DNA of 63,796 bases, filler included, from Diploschistes diacapsis (taxonomy: Eukaryota), in assembly GCA_023645945.1 (NCBI GenBank). It is 14 parts of 14 records of this genome, joined end to end, with 100 filler letters (N's around TTAATTAATTAA, not from the genome) between each part and the next. Parts side by side here need not be neighbours in the genome. Positions count along the whole stretch, not along the records: positions 50,813 to 52,349 come from JALAIB010002923.1; positions 52,450 to 53,985 come from JALAIB010002924.1; positions 54,086 to 55,621 come from JALAIB010002925.1; positions 55,722 to 57,256 come from JALAIB010002926.1; positions 57,357 to 58,891 come from JALAIB010002927.1; positions 58,992 to 60,526 come from JALAIB010002928.1; positions 60,627 to 62,161 come from JALAIB010002929.1; positions 62,262 to 63,796 come from JALAIB010002930.1; 6 more parts are not named here. The stretch is one strand, 5' to 3'. Under the pieces are notes generated by a model, which saw only the letters and a program-made list of their open reading frames with translations, searched no databases and was not told the origin of the DNA. Within the stretch, counting starts at the first letter, position 1. Each line of letters opens with the position of its first letter. Shown piece after piece: positions 51,289 to 63,018 of the stretch. The translations under genes and the position numbers were made by a program.

Positions 51289-52349
51289 TATAAGTTTAAT
51301 CGAATATTTATATTGAACTATTTTCTAAAGAACGTTAAATTAAATAGACATATGGATTATTATATTATTAGATATAATCTCTTTTACCCGCTTTTTTTTA
51401 TCTTGATCGCGTAATCGTCGAATGCGATTCAAAAACGTCTGAAATTTAATTAAACTGAATTCTTGATTGAATATAATATTATTTATTATCTTGACCCGCG
51501 ATATAATAATATAAAAAAGATTAATTGTAAAGTTTAGTAAAGATAAATCTAAAACTATTCGTTCTAATGTCAGGCCCTGAGATTTATGTACCGTAATAAT
51601 AAATGTTAGTATTATAAATAATATCGTACGTTTATAATACGTATTATTATCCTTTTTTTAACTTCTTATAAGAGGTTTTATAGGAACGATACGCTTTTCT
51701 TAATTATTTTTGAATAGTTCAGGTCTTTCGTAGGTATGTTGTATAGTTATAAGTAGATAAGTAAATAAATCTTGGATAGGATTATCGTTAAGACGTTATA
51801 CGATATCATATAAATGTCTAATAGTGCTATTAATTAGGCCTTATTTCGTAATAAGATTCGCGATAAGTATAATCTAAACACCTTTTATTAAAAGGATCTC
51901 TTAATGTAGGCCCTTAGTTTCGTCTTTATTAGTATTTATAATAATTGGTATATTATGGCGAGCCTTTATGCGTATTATAGGACGTCATAGGCGTTTTAAT
52001 TAATCGATATTATGTTTATAAATATATTTTTTGTATGGAAGTAAATGTAGAATTAAATTAAATTTTTAAACTTCTTCCGGCGGTAATCTTGTCTTAATTT
52101 TAGCGTTAAGGAATTCGAAAGTAGAATCCGAAATATTATCTATTCCGAATATTCGTAGTTTAAATAAGATCTTTTTAAATTTCCGGTTACGATTATTATC
52201 GTTTTTCTATCGTATGATTTAATTAAGTATCACGATTTTGTTGAAAAGCGCGTATAATTATTAACCATTTATGATTTTAGGTAAGGTATTCGTAGTAAGA
52301 TCGATATCGAAAAGAATCTTTTTATCGATAAGAAATAACTAATAAAAGT
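51289..52349. mobile_element. Heavily RIP-mutated repeat debris, unassigned
   Basis: Very AT-rich and TpA-rich, with residual C mostly in CpG; no readable ORF. Confidence 0.45.
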
Positions 52350-52449
52350 NNNNNNNNNNNNNNNNNNNNNNNNNNNNNNNNNNNNNNNNNNNNTTAATTA
52401 ATTAANNNNNNNNNNNNNNNNNNNNNNNNNNNNNNNNNNNNNNNNNNNN

Positions 52450-53052
52450 GCGTATTGCCTTTTATTATATTAAATTCTTATTATATCAAATTATCGTTAT
52501 ATAACCTCGTAATTTATCGTATTAAATCTATTAAACTCGATTTATCTTATTTAAATATTAATAATTTTAGGAAATCGTTTGCGAAATCGCGATACCTAAT
52601 ATTTATCGATAGGTTGAAGATTCGCGATTATAACTTTTAAATTCGAACCGAATCGAATACGTTCGCGTCGAATTTTTTCGGCTATATTTATTATTAACGT
52701 AAACGATGCAGGAAAGTTAGTTTATATAAAACGTATATTTTATCGTATTAATGTCTTTTTTTCTGAATTTAAAAAGATTTAAGTCGTTTCGTGGTTATTA
52801 AAGCATGATTAAGCTTTATTAAGTCGATCTATCATGATCGATCGAGATATTTTAAATACGCAGGTAGCTTCTCGAATGTTAATATATTATTATAATTTTA
52901 GGGCCTATAAATAATCGTTAATATTAAATTCTATTAAAATCGAATTATTACGATGCGAGGTAGTCATTGTTGAGAAAAATCGAATATAAGATAAAAATAG
53001 TGATTTGAGGTGGCCAGAATCTGGGGGTGGCCGGAATCCCCGTCAAACACGT
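52450..53052 (-). mobile_element. pogo/Fot1-type family 1, left TIR plus transposase N-terminus (psq HTH and CENP-B HTH)
   Basis: TIR ends at 53052. The minus strand reads NIREATCVFKISRSIMIDRLNK, then TNFPASFTLI and QPIDKY*VSRFRKRFP. 59581-59721 is another copy of 52612-52751. Confidence 0.8.
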
Positions 53053-53579
53053 TACTATTAATCTATTCGGTAATACCATTGATTCTTTAGATTCAATAAA
53101 GCACGTAAAAATTAACGATCGTTTAAAGAACGTCAATATTGATTATTATTACGTACGAGATCTTGTTAAGTAAGGACGCATTTAGGTCTCTTATGTTTTT
53201 ATTAATAAAATGGTTGTTAATAAATTTACGAAATTATTAAATTACTCGAAACACGACGTCTTTATTAAGGACTCGATTTAGTTTAAAAGATATCTAATTG
53301 AATTATATAGATATACCGGATGATTCCGTTTGTGGGGAAGTGTTGAATAAATAGATAGAAGGTATGGTTAAAAATATAATTGAGTTTTAGAAGGAGGTTC
53401 AGTTTAGCTGAACTCCGAGGTTTAGTTTAGCTGAACCTTTTGGAATTCTAATTAGACCGAATAAGGAATAGTATAGGTAGTAGGGCTTAGCGTATCCCAC
53501 AAGGATAAAAGTCTGTAAAGTAGGGTAACCTCCTAGATAAGACCTCTGGACTTCAATATATTCATTACGTTGCCAAACA
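53053..53579 (+). mobile_element. Ty1/Copia 3' end: RNase H remnant, PPT and 3' LTR 53341-53579
   Basis: KNVNIDYYYVRDLVK; PPT GTGGGGAAG immediately before TGTTGAA; LTR ends CCAAACA. Confidence 0.82.
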
Positions 53580-54603
53580 ATTATTATTATTATTTATTGT
53601 TTCACGTAATAAGATTTTGGTGATTAGCGGCCTGCCGTTTCTGGTTATTTCGGGATTTAATCGTAAAATAGACAGGATTTCTTCGACTTTCTTGTATCAT
53701 TTGATAGGGGGTAATCCTAGATGATTACAATAGTTTAATTTGAAGCTTATCTCGGAGGTAGTATAGTCTACCATTGTATCATGTAGGTGCAGTTATTTTT
53801 TATTAATAATCACGCGGTACTTCCGGATCTTTAATAAGATATAAAAATGAATTATATTATTAAAATGGTTTTTTAACTGAATTAGTAAATGAAACACGTG
53901 AATGATTGGTTTCTACGGTTTATCGTTGTAAGGCCTGCGGGGTTACACATCTACCGCCTACTGCCACAGCCACGCACCTACATATNNNNNNNNNNNNNNN
54001 NNNNNNNNNNNNNNNNNNNNNNNNNNNNNTTAATTAATTAANNNNNNNNNNNNNNNNNNNNNNNNNNNNNNNNNNNNNNNNNNNNAATAATAATTATCGC
54101 GCGATGCGTTATAAACTCGCGAAAAGAATTTAGAAGAATGATTATCGTAATAAAGGACAAGAACCGGAAAGAGAAATTCCGAGATATCCGTAATACGTAA
54201 AAGGGTAAGAACAAACGCGTCTGTGATGCAGAAAGTTTAGATAATAAAAGTTTAAAGATCGATATTGAATCTGAACCTGAATTTAAACTTTAATTATAAT
54301 TAATCTACTTATTTATTTATATATTGGATTTTTATTCGAAAACAACGAATTAAAATCGGGGGAAAAATACTTTATTTAGATATTGAACCCTACCATCTAA
54401 AATCTTCGATAGATTATAATATCTTAAGGGCTCCTACTTCCTATAATCGTCCCGAATCAGATGATGGTGGCCGACGGTTAATAAAGTTAAGAAAGTGTTT
54501 TTAAGTTTTAATATTCAGCGTTTAAGATATGTTGTGTTTTTTTTTGTATTGTCGAAGTAAAAGGTTATATAAGATAAAATTACGAAAAGGTCGTTAACGG
54601 GAT

Positions 54604-54848
54604 TAGGCTGGCCGTTCCGTGCCACTGACACTGACACTGACACTGACACTGCACTGCAGTAAAAGCACGGACACGGACACGGACACCGTAGTTAAAAAAT
54701 CTAAAATATTGATACTAACACTGACACTGCACTGCTGTAGAAGCACGGACACGGACACCGCAGCTAAAAAATCTAAAATATTGATATTAATACTGTTAGT
54801 GTCCGTGTTACTGACACGGCCGTGTCAGTATCAGTGACGGCCAGCCTA
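54604..54848 (+). mobile_element. Complete 245-bp hAT MITE with 8-bp TSD AACGGGAT
   Basis: 12-bp TIR TAGGCTGGCCGT...ACGGCCAGCCTA. Direct repeats at 54596-54603 and 54849-54856. Internal ACACTG/ACACGG hexamer arrays. Confidence 0.92.
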
Positions 54849-54896
54849 AACGGGATTACGACGCTTACGATATTATTATACTATTTAAATGTATAA

Positions 54897-55100
54897 TGTT
54901 AGAACGCCCCTACAGGAACAGGTGCTACACTACCGGGGGCTGGGCCTGATCCGGAAGGACTACGTGTAACTGGGCATCTGTAGGCTGAATGGTTCAGATT
55001 CGAAAAGGTAAGGAAGGAACTATCTAGGTGGGAGTAGGGCACAAATAAATAGTGGGTGCCAGCCCTACCGCCCTACGGGGTTCAACCCTTGAACCCACAA
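54897..55100 (-). mobile_element. LTR fragment related to Gypsy family A
   Basis: Shares CTACACTACCGGGGGCTGGGCCTGATCCGG...CTGGGCATCTGTAGG with 56118-56429. Confidence 0.65.
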
Positions 55101-55142
55101 ACGTTCAGGATGTTCCAAATGTTGTTTAGGGACAATCGGTCC

Positions 55143-55479
55143 TAATCGAAAAGATATTTAGATAAATTAACATGTTAGATATTTCCGTCTGTGGAGGAAT
55201 GTTGAACAGATAGACGGAAGATATGGCTATAAACTCGGTTTATTTTAAGACATTTATTTGAAGAACCCGGGAAGTTCAGTTCAGATAAACTTATCGAGGT
55301 TTAATTCAGTTTAATTTAGCTGAATTTCATGGAATCCGGTGGAATCCTAATTAGATCGATTAAGTGTAGTGTGGGTAGTAGAGCTTAGCGAGTCCCGTGG
55401 AGTATAAAAGTCTGTACAGTAGAATGATTTCCTAGGATAAGACCTCTAGACTTCAATATATCCATTACGTTGCCAAACA
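55143..55479 (+). mobile_element. Ty1/Copia PPT plus 3' LTR (55200-55479)
   Basis: GTGGAGGAA|TGTTGAACAG...CATTACGTTGCCAAACA. Confidence 0.8.
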
Positions 55480-55721
55480 AAAATAATCGTATTATAATTT
55501 TTAAAAATCGAAATTCGTACAGAAAAGATTAATATATCTAAAAGTAAAGGTCGTACGAAGGAAGTCGAATTACGCGTACGACGTTATAACAAATGTAATT
55601 AATCCGGGTATAATACGCGAANNNNNNNNNNNNNNNNNNNNNNNNNNNNNNNNNNNNNNNNNNNNTTAATTAATTAANNNNNNNNNNNNNNNNNNNNNNN
55701 NNNNNNNNNNNNNNNNNNNNN

Positions 55722-55768
55722 TGAGGTAGCCGGAATCTGGGGGTGGCCGGAATCCCCGTGAAACACGT
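55722..55768. mobile_element. pogo/Fot1 family 1 TIR
   Basis: GGTGGCCGGAATCCCCGTGAAACACGT|TA. Confidence 0.75.
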
Positions 55769-55774
55769 TATAAT

Positions 55775-56117
55775 TAGATTCGACCTTCGATTAATTTAAT
55801 AAAACTTTTATTTTATTCGTGCTTAAGAAAGATAAATTTTTGCGATTATATATAAACTACCGAGATTTAAAGAAAATAATAAAAAAGAATAGATACCTTT
55901 TATTCCTTATTAACGAAACGTTCGATCGTCTGAATAAAATTAAGATTTATTTAAAATTAAATTTAAAGAACGCGTATTACAGAATTCGGATTAAACGAAA
56001 AAATGAATAAAAGACAACGTTTCGTACTCGATACGGTTATTTTAAATATATAATAATATTATTCGAGTTAATTAACGCCCCAGCGATCTTTTAAATATAT
56101 ATCAATCGTATATTAAT
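55775..56117 (+). mobile_element. RIP-mutated Ty3/Gypsy reverse transcriptase fragment
   Basis: FVLKKDKFLRLYINYRDL..IIKKNRYLLFLI...KLNLKNAYYRIRI...E*KTTFRTRYGYFKY.I..FELINAPAIF is the RIP form of FVxKKDGxLRLCVDYRxLN...KTAFRTRYGHFEY. Confidence 0.88.
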
Positions 56118-57256
56118 GAAACGCCAGCGCAGGAATGGGATACTACACTACCGGGGGCTGGGCCTGATCCGGTGAGATTACGTGTAGCTGGGCATCTGTA
56201 GGTAAAAGGTCTCGATTTGAAAAGCTAGAGAAGAAATTATCTAAATAAGAGGGTGGCAGAAATAAATAGTGTGTGGGTACCAGCCCTACAGGGTTCGGGT
56301 CCTACCCGCCTATATCGCCACCTCCTAACATCCTTGGCACGGTTAGTACCCGTTATGTGACCCTACCGTCATATAACCCTACCGTCACGTGACCCCGGTA
56401 GCTTAGCACGTCTAGATTGATCTATCTTACTACCCCCCTTTCCAGATACTTGTGTCTCTTACAAACGCGATGATAGCTTTTTTAATCAATATTTATCTCG
56501 ATCTTCATCCCTTTCGCTAATTTATTTAAAAGGATACCCATTATTCTTTCGTAATAAATATTATCGTTTTTTTAAACTTCTTTCAATAATATTTTTACCT
56601 AAACATACTCTTAAATTTTATAAAAGAACGTAATCGTCATAATAATCGATACTACCTTATCTTAAAAACTCGCTCCCGTTTATAGTTTTTATTAACGTAT
56701 GCTATCTATCCTCAGGCGTTATTAATTATAAGAATCTCACCTTTTCGGGATTTAATTGATAAAACTCCCGTAAGATGTCGAAAATATTTTCGAAATTAAT
56801 AACAGGATATTAATTATCGTCGATTAATTATCTTACCTAACGTATTCTATATTAAACGTTTATTTCTCGCTCGGGGCCCTTTTTGGCGTCGAGGATCTCT
56901 TCGAGCTCCCATTCTTTTTTAACCTCTGTCTCTACCGGGGGTAATTTAGAATACGTCTGTCCTTCTAAAGGGTCCTGCGGGTCTTTTAAAAATAAAAACG
57001 CGTAAAACGTTTTGAATTATTTTATCGACGCTAGTAAATTTAGCTCGAAATCGATTTCGTTTACCTTTCGTAAAACGTTATAAAAACCGTTTTATTTATT
57101 ATTTAATTTTTTATAAGTCCGAGTAGTTTTAATATTGCGTATATTTAATTAAATCGAGTCGTCGGGATTAATCTTTTTAACGAAACGTCGGTGTTCGTTC
57201 GCGTATCGCTTTTATCGCTGTTACGTTAATGTTATATATCTTTTAATGAAGTTTTA
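56118..57256 (-). mobile_element. Chromovirus (Gypsy family A) 3' end: integrase tail, chromodomain, PPT and LTR (56118-56429)
   Basis: The minus strand reads IQNVLRVFI and KEWELEEILDAK; PPT GGAAAGGGGG lies next to the LTR; LTR ends GCGTTTCA. Confidence 0.8.
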
Positions 57257-57356
57257 NNNNNNNNNNNNNNNNNNNNNNNNNNNNNNNNNNNNNNNNNNNN
57301 TTAATTAATTAANNNNNNNNNNNNNNNNNNNNNNNNNNNNNNNNNNNNNNNNNNNN

Positions 57357-58284
57357 ATTACAATATAATGTCCGTGAAAATATCCGTGTTTTAAATTTTT
57401 TAGCCGTAATGTCCGTGTCCGTGTTTTTTATTATAATATAATGTCCGTGGAAGTATTCGTGTTTTAAAATTTTTAATCGTAATATCCGTTTTAATAAATT
57501 TATTATCGTATCCGTGTATTTACCGAAACATTTTTAAATAATCTTTATTTTTTAATAATTTTAGAATTATTACGTTTATTTTTTACGTTTTTATTTTTTT
57601 ATCGCGGTGTTTCGATAAATTCACGGTAATATTTCGTTGAATTTATTGCAATACAGTGTCCGTGGTAATATCGTGTTTTAAAATTTTTGGCGGTAGTGTC
57701 CGTGGAAGTGTCCGTGTTTTAAATTTTTTAGCCGTAATGTCCGTGTCCGTGCTTTTATTATAATGTAGTGTCCGTGGAAGTGTCCGTGTTTTAAATTTTT
57801 AGCGGTAGTGTCCGTGGCAGTATCGTGTTTTAAAAATTTTCTCGGTAGTGTCCGTGGAAGTGTCCGTGGCACGAAACGGCCAGCCTAATCCGTGTTAATA
57901 GATTTATTATCGTGTTTATACATTTACCGAAATATTTTTAAATAATATTTATTTTTTAATAATTTAAGAATTATTACGTTTATTTTTTACGTTTATATTT
58001 TTTTATCGCGATATTTCGATAAATTTACGGTGATATTTCGGTGAATTTATTATAATATAATATCCGTAAAAGTAACCGTGTTTTAAAATTTTTAATCGTA
58101 ATGTCCGTGTCCGTGTTTTTATTATAATATAATGTTCGTGAAAGTGTCCGTGTTTTAAAATTTTTAGCCGTAATGTCCGTGTCCGTGCTTTTACTATAAT
58201 ACAGTGTCCGTGGAAGTGTCCGTGCCGAGAAAATTTTCGCGGTAGTGTCCGTGTCAGTGACCGTGGCACGCAACGGCCAGCCCA
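57357..58284 (-). mobile_element. Two juxtaposed or nested hAT non-autonomous element ends (termini at 57887 and 58284)
   Basis: ACGGCCAGCCTA and ACGGCCAGCCCA termini with dense GTGTCCGT repeats. Confidence 0.8.
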
Positions 58285-58991
58285 AGGATAATTATCGCGC
58301 CTTTTTCGCGTAGCGCGGTAGCGGAAATAAGATTTGTTCCTAAATCCGGCGCGTATTTATAGTTCGTCAGTCGAAGAATCCGATTGATAAATTTAATCCG
58401 AAACTTTATTGTTCCGACGCCGAGGATTTTGATCTAGGCTACCTGGCCCCACCGTAGGGCTAAGTCATATGATTCGAATAATTCAAAAGCCGATAAATTC
58501 GAACAAATATACGAGGTAGCTGTTAAATCAAGAATCCAGTCTATTTAATCGGAAAAAGAGAAACTAACTTCCGAATTAAGTTTAATGTCCTTTAACGAGA
58601 TAAGCGAGACTAACGTGGTTTCTGAATCCGGCTTAACGCGTTTTGGTCTTTTTTTAAAATGTTTTTTTAGTAATCATTGTTATCATATCCAGTTTTTTTA
58701 CAGGTAAAGCATTTTTTAATTTCCTTTTTTGGATCAGCGCTAGTTACTTAGCGGCTATCGCTTATTAATCGATTAGCGTTTATTAATCGGCCAGCGTTTA
58801 TCGGTCGATTAACTAACGTTATTTCGATATCGATATCGCTCTTTTTTATCTTTAGCCGCACCGATTCGTCGATTAATTAAAAGAAAATAATNNNNNNNNN
58901 NNNNNNNNNNNNNNNNNNNNNNNNNNNNNNNNNNNTTAATTAATTAANNNNNNNNNNNNNNNNNNNNNNNNNNNNNNNNNNNNNNNNNNNN

Positions 58992-59580
58992 CACTAACAC
59001 GGACACGATAATTAAAATTTTAAAATACTAACACTAATACGGACACTACATTTCCGTAAATCCACGGACACGGACACTATAATTAAAATTTTTAAAATAT
59101 TAATATTAATACGGACACTACATTTCCGTGAATTCACGAACACGGACACCGTAATTAAAAAATTTAAAACACGGATATTAATACGGATATTATATTTCCG
59201 TAAATTCATTAACACGGACACTACACTATAATGAAAACACGGAAACACTTTTTTTTTTTTAATATTTTTAAAATTATCACGTTTATTTCTCACGCTTTTA
59301 TTTTTAAAAAAGTTTTTTTTAAATACGGACACGGATACGGAAACTGCATTATAATAAATACACGAACACGGACACCGCAACTAAAATTTTTTAAACACGG
59401 ACATTAATACGGACACTACATTTCCGTGAATCCACGAACACGGACAATATAATTAAAAAATTTAAAACATTAATATTAATACGGATACTGCACTTCCGTG
59501 AATCCACGGATACGGACACCGCAGTTAAAAAATCTAAAACACGGACACTAACACTGTCAGTGTCAGTGACGGCCAGCCTA
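58992..59580 (+). mobile_element. hAT non-autonomous element, right end
   Basis: CACGGACAC tandem units ending GTCAGTGACGGCCAGCCTA. Confidence 0.82.
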
Positions 59581-59721
59581 GGTTAAAGATTCGCGATCGT
59601 GACTTTTAGATTCAAACCGAATCGAATTCTTTCGCGTCGAATTTTTTCGGTTATTTCTATTATTAACGTAAACGATGTAAGAAAGTCAATTTATATAAGA
59701 CGTGTAATTTATCGTACTAAT

Positions 59722-60526
59722 TGTTACGATCCAAGGTACTAGTCGGTAGTACTTGGCACGCAACAGCTAGTCGGGCACTTCCCAACCATTCCTTGTATAT
59801 AGTCCAATTAGGGTGACACGGGTCACGTGATAAGTAGAAGGTCTGGGAGATCATTCTACCTAGTCGTGGGTAAAAAGAAAGAACGGTAATTCTATTTATT
59901 TATTTATTTATTCTATTAAGAGAGCTGTTGGCTATATAGGAACGTCGCCATGGCCTTTATAAGTTTAGGGCGTGTTCACTTTTATAGACATCTTTAGTTA
60001 TTATTAGAGATTAATTTATATTCATTATTTCTATCATTAAAAAGCCTTCTTTCTAAAAATAATTTAAGATTTATAATTACTCTATCTTCTTCTTCTACCA
60101 TATTCTTCTTTTAACAGAAACCAAACCCATCTTAATCTTACTCGTGTATATTTTGTATAAATAAAGATTATAACACTTAAACATCTTTAAGAATGAGTAT
60201 TATTAATAGTATAACCGGGCGATCGTTATCGATGGCTAGATCCGCATTATCTCGAGCATTTAGGGCAGGAACGTCATTAGGAGAAACCGATGTTCCTATA
60301 ACGGACATTGCGGAAGCTAGAAGCGACGACCTCGGAAGTAACGATAAACCTAACGAAAATAAATCGTATAAAGAACTTATTATAAAAGCTATAAAACTAA
60401 TAATGTTCCATAAAGACCGAAAGAAATTAAAACATTAAATACTTTAATTTTTAATATACTTCTATTAAAACCCGTATATCACAGACGATTAAAAAAAACG
60501 AATAATTTTCGTCGTAGGATTCATAC
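59722..60526 (+). mobile_element. Ty3/Gypsy family B: 5' LTR (59722-60175) plus gag start (ATG 60193)
   Basis: TGTTACGATCC...ATAACA; ORF 60193-60438 ends FHKDRKKLKH*. Confidence 0.82.
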
Positions 60527-60626
60527 NNNNNNNNNNNNNNNNNNNNNNNNNNNNNNNNNNNNNNNNNNNNTTAATTAATTAANNNNNNNNNNNNNNNNNN
60601 NNNNNNNNNNNNNNNNNNNNNNNNNN

Positions 60627-61299
60627 AATCTACGTTAATAAAAACTATAAACGGGGACGAATTTTTAAAATAAAGCGATATCGATTATTTCGACGATGAT
60701 ATTCTTTTATAGAATTTAAAAGCGTATTTAATTAAAAATAACGCTAAAAAAGATTTAAAGAAACGGAAATATCTATTATAAAAAATAACGAATATTTTTT
60801 TAAATAAATTAAAAAAAGAGATGAAAATCGAAATAAAATTTAATTAAAAAAGAATATCGCGTTTATAAAAGATATAAATATTTAAAAAAAAAAGGTAATA
60901 AGATAGTTTAATTTAAAGGCCTGTTAAGCTGGGCCTACTAAGTCACGGTAGGGTTAATATTTAAATATTTATTAAGACACGGTAGGATCAATACCCAGAT
61001 GCTTATTAAGCCACGGCAAGATTAATGCCCAAATACTTGCCAAGATACGGCAAAATCAATACCTAGATACTTGCTAAAACACGGCAGGGTTAGGAAATGG
61101 TTGTATAGACGGGTAATCCTCGAACCCCGATAGGTCTAACATTTATACTACTTAACGGTATCTTTCTCCCACTTAGATAGTTTTTTTTCAGCTTTTCGAA
61201 TCGAGACCTTCTACCTGCAGATGCCTAAGCTACACCTAATCCTTCCGGATCAGGCCCAGCCCCCGGTAGACTAGCATCCTTTCCTGCGCTGGCGTTTTA
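60627..61299 (+). mobile_element. Gypsy family A 3' internal region plus 3' LTR (60899-61299)
   Basis: Reverse-complement homologue of 56118-56700, with RIP-altered PPT and LTR ending CTGGCGTTTTA. Confidence 0.78.
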
Positions 61300-61470
61300 C
61301 CCGAATATATTTATAATATAAATAAGTTAAGTTTTAATATTAATAATAGTTCTTTTTTTAAAGTCTTTGTTTCGAGTCGAACAGGCTCGAATTAAAAAGT
61401 TATTAAAAAAATAAAAGTAAGTAATTACGATCGAATATATTTTAATTATTAACGGGATATTATCGTTTAT

Positions 61471-61905
61471 TGTTTGGCAACGTAATGGATATATTGAAGT
61501 CTAGAGGTCTTATCTAAGAGGTTATCCTACTTTGCAGATATTTATCCTCGTGGGATACACTAAGCCTTACTACCTACAATATTCCTCATCCGGTCTAGTT
61601 AGAATTCCAAAAGATTCAACTAAACTGAACCTCCTTCTAAAACTTAGTTATACTCCCAGCCATATCTTTTATTTATTTATTCAACATTTCCTTACAGGCG
61701 GAATCACCCGGCATACCTATGTAATTCAATTAAATATCTTTTAAATTAAACCGAGTCCTTTAATAAAGGCGTCGTGCTTCGAGTAATTTAATGATTTCGT
61801 AAGTTTATTAACAATTATTTTATCGATAAAAATATAAGATATTTTAATACGTTCTTACTTAACAAGATCTCGTATATAATAATAAGTAATATCGACGTAT
61901 TTCGA
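61471..61905 (-). mobile_element. Ty1/Copia 3' LTR (61471-61686) plus RNase H remnant
   Basis: Reverse complement of 22320-22774 and 53130-53579. Confidence 0.8.
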
Positions 61906-62261
61906 TGTTACGATCCAGGCTACTGACCTGTCACGTCCCAGCCACTCACTAAGGAACACTCACTGACGTTCAGGTCACGTGAGTTGTTGGAGCGAGCGGC
62001 GCCGCTTCATACGCTCTGTGAGAGCAATAGGCAGCGCTTCCTCTGCTCTATGGGAGCCATCGCCGGCGCTTCCTTCGTTCTAATAAAATATAAGGAGCTG
62101 GCATTGGTGCTCCATAAAAGATTTAAGTATATAATCTTCTTTTTAAACATACCTTTATTCGNNNNNNNNNNNNNNNNNNNNNNNNNNNNNNNNNNNNNNN
62201 NNNNNTTAATTAATTAANNNNNNNNNNNNNNNNNNNNNNNNNNNNNNNNNNNNNNNNNNNN

Positions 62262-62430
62262 TTCGAATTAGATAACGAAAACGAGTACGAAGTCGAAAGA
62301 ATTTTGAATAATGATTTTAAAAGATTTCTTATTAAGTGAAAAGGATATTTATTAGAATAGAACACGTGGGAACCTTTAGAAAACTTGAGTAATTATAAGA
62401 ATAAGATAAAGAAATATCGTAAACTTATTT
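62262..62430 (+). mobile_element. RIP-mutated chromodomain of a chromovirus integrase
   Basis: ENEYEVERILNN...RFLIK*KGY..E*NTWEPLENL. Confidence 0.8.
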
Positions 62431-63018
62431 AATTTAAAGGGATATAAACTTTATTTTTTAAAAATTAATTTAACTAAACCGGCGACATTACGATTAGTTT
62501 TAATAATTCTGAACCGAACTCCGAAGGTACGCTTTCTTAAACATTCGCGTACGCCTTAAATGATTTTAAATCCAGTTTTTTCGTTAAACATCTCGCTTAC
62601 GCGTCCGCACGATTTTTCGTTAGTTTAAAAATTTTTCGATTACGGCGAATACGACGTTTACGTTAGAAACGACGATTTTTAACTTCACGAAATTATTTTT
62701 TTAACTCTTTCTTTTATTTATTATCCTCGTCGATAAGTTTCTTATCCTTTTCGATCTCGCCTTTCTTCGAAAGAATAATCCGTTTAACTACTTTTTATAT
62801 AATAGAAACACAGTTCTTCCTATCAAACTCAACATAACGAGTATATTTTATCGAGATAAAAAACATCCTAATATAGTCGTGAAAAAATAGATAATAATTA
62901 TAAGATAATGTATCCAAAAAACCCCGAAAACGAATAATAAAATTTAAACGTTTCTTTTATATTGAAGATAGAGAAGATATCGCTGTCCTACGATTTAGGA
63001 TTTTCTTTTATTTAATAT

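Noticed and set aside
54619..54837. Repetitive ORFs such as MPLTLTLTL (also 57678-57872, 58003-58285, 59012-59380)
   Set aside because: Translations of MITE hexamer repeats.
57357..59580. Repeat-spacer-like arrays of CACGGACAC that could be mistaken for CRISPR or telomeric repeats
   Set aside because: The units are irregular, the intervening sequences are themselves repeated, and the arrays end in hAT TIRs. The context is eukaryotic with no cas genes.
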